Positions 49,798 to 51,077 of a stretch of DNA of 51,077 nucleotides are shown here, piece after piece. The first letter of the stretch is position 1; every line of letters starts with the position of its first letter. The DNA is from a virus (taxonomy: Duplodnaviria > Caudoviricetes): IMG/VR virus record IMGVR_UViG_3300016654_000063, positions 1-51,077 of that record; one strand, written 5' to 3'. The notes below the pieces were generated by a model. It did no database searches. It was not told where the DNA came from and saw only the letters and a list, made by a program, of their open reading frames with translations. The translations under genes were made by a program, and so were the position numbers.

Positions 49798-50868
49798 CTA
49801 CAGCGTGTAAACAGAAATATTCGGCGCGAAGTAGATCGGCGATTTGTCTCTTTCTTCCACCTCGGCCAGCGCCAGCGTTTTCTCGGCCTGCGCTTCAAGG
49901 TACTGGATGCGATTTACATCTACTTGGGGTAGTTCCATCGCCATCTGGTGGGCAAGCATGTTCACCACGGCCAGATACCAGCGCTGCGGGATTTGGAGTT
50001 CGTCCGTCAAATCTCCGACATCCATGATTTGTTTGGAGTACCACACCGTCATCTGCACGAACGGGTCACTCGGAGTCGGCCAAAGGTAGATTTCAGGTTG
50101 CGGGATTGTTCTGTTGAACCAGAACTGGTACGGTTGGTTTGCTGTAAAGTTTTTGTTTGGCAAGTTGGTGTAGTCGTCCCTGTTCAGGCGGCTCATTGTG
50201 ATTTCGCGGGAATTATTCCCAACGTAAAACTCGCGCAGCGCCAAAGTGGTGCCGCCAGAAGCCCTTACACGGTAGTATTGAACCGTCTGCCCGGGATCAA
50301 TGTCAGTCCAGATCCATTGATTGTCGGTTACGACTACGGCCCCAAGGTTATCTAAGGTGTTCCAAGTCGATCCATCGGTGGAATACTCAAGGGTCAATGT
50401 CCAAGTTGCACTTCCGCCCCCAGAAACATAGGGTAAAAGTCCAATAGACCCAGCATAAATAGGGTTGTCAGTGCCAAAATCTACGGAAATGTTGCCGTTT
50501 GCGCTTGTTTGCTGGCAAAAGGTGTCTACATCATTATCTGCAACATTCGCAACAGTCCCTCCGGCGCTCGTTGTATAGCTTCCAGAAGGTCTGTTCATTG
50601 TCCGATACAAAGCATTCAGGACATCATTAGACCCCGTGGGTAGCGTATAGATGTACTTATTCGCCTGAAGGCCAATAACCTCCTTCTTGACTGCCCAGTA
50701 CTGGATACCAATGTTGATCAGATTGGTCAGGACGAAACCAAGAGATTCCCGGGCGCTCAGAATTTGCTCAGAAGTAAGCTCTTCGGCTAGCTTCCCGCAC
50801 CGACGAGCGGCATGGTCAATGACGGTCTGGACGTTGTAGACCTGACCATAGGTGTCTGAGTAAGCCAT
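49798..50868 (-). CDS. Head-tail connector-type protein with an inserted beta-sandwich domain
   Basis: 356 aa; YLWPTP and IPQRW motifs; central LEYSTDGSTW...YYRVR insert. Confidence 0.65.
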   Translation of the reverse strand: MAYSDTYGQVYNVQTVIDHAARRCGKLAEELTSEQILSARESLGFVLTNLINIGIQYWAVKKEVIGLQANKYIYTLPTGSNDVLNALYRTMNRPSGSYTTSAGGTVANVADNDVDTFCQQTSANGNISVDFGTDNPIYAGSIGLLPYVSGGGSATWTLTLEYSTDGSTWNTLDNLGAVVVTDNQWIWTDIDPGQTVQYYRVRASGGTTLALREFYVGNNSREITMSRLNRDDYTNLPNKNFTANQPYQFWFNRTIPQPEIYLWPTPSDPFVQMTVWYSKQIMDVGDLTDELQIPQRWYLAVVNMLAHQMAMELPQVDVNRIQYLEAQAEKTLALAEVEERDKSPIYFAPNISVYTL

Positions 50869-50877
50869 TTTTCACCT

Positions 50878-51077
50878 CTACCAACCCGGACAGTTCCAGC
50901 GTCTCATGGATGCCCGCGCACGCGAACCTTTCTCGCTCTTTTCAGCGATTGGTTTCATCCGGGCACAGAAAGAATCCTTTCTCGGGCCTCCTTGGGGCTG
51001 TGGAGCCTTCAGGTTTGATCCTGTTTCCCGGTTGTACTTGGCGCGTCCTTTCGCCGTAAGACCCGCGCCACGCTCGA
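50878..51077 (-). CDS. 3' part of the junction-spanning basic protein (DUF6321-like)
   Basis: ERGAGLTAKGRAKYNRETGSNLKAPQPQGGPRKDSFCARM...SMRRWNCPGW*. Confidence 0.85.
   Translation of the reverse strand, partial: ERGAGLTAKGRAKYNRETGSNLKAPQPQGGPRKDSFCARMKPIAEKSEKGSRARASMRRWNCPGW

Overview
The window looks like a complete, circularly permuted 51,077-bp genome of a tailed dsDNA phage with P22-like/podovirus-type morphogenesis genes. One minus-strand ORF reads in frame across the window end-start junction. Most genes lie on the minus strand: TerS, TerL, an ADP-ribosyltransferase-like protein, portal, GroES-like chaperonin, scaffold, capsid, head-tail/tail/fibre genes, a 2OG-Fe(II) oxygenase, a metallophosphoesterase, a lysis cassette and large putative ejection proteins. 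A short plus-strand early block (about 20.0-24.1 kb: SSB-like protein, PD-(D/E)XK nuclease) diverges from a Cro-like gene. I recognised no integrase, CI-type repressor, DNA polymerase, tRNA or CRISPR array. The most striking feature is the TerL intein. Its endonuclease slot holds no in-frame nuclease. Instead a complete HNH endonuclease gene with its own Shine-Dalgarno sequence is overprinted in a shifted frame, and both frames stay open for about 190 codons. Also notable: a second, LAGLIDADG intein in a metallophosphoesterase active-site motif, a recurrent hydrophobic-x-x-G-G peptide motif shared by several putative virion-internal proteins, and five copies of a 17-bp operator-like palindrome. 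All functional calls come from motif recognition by eye. No database searches were run.
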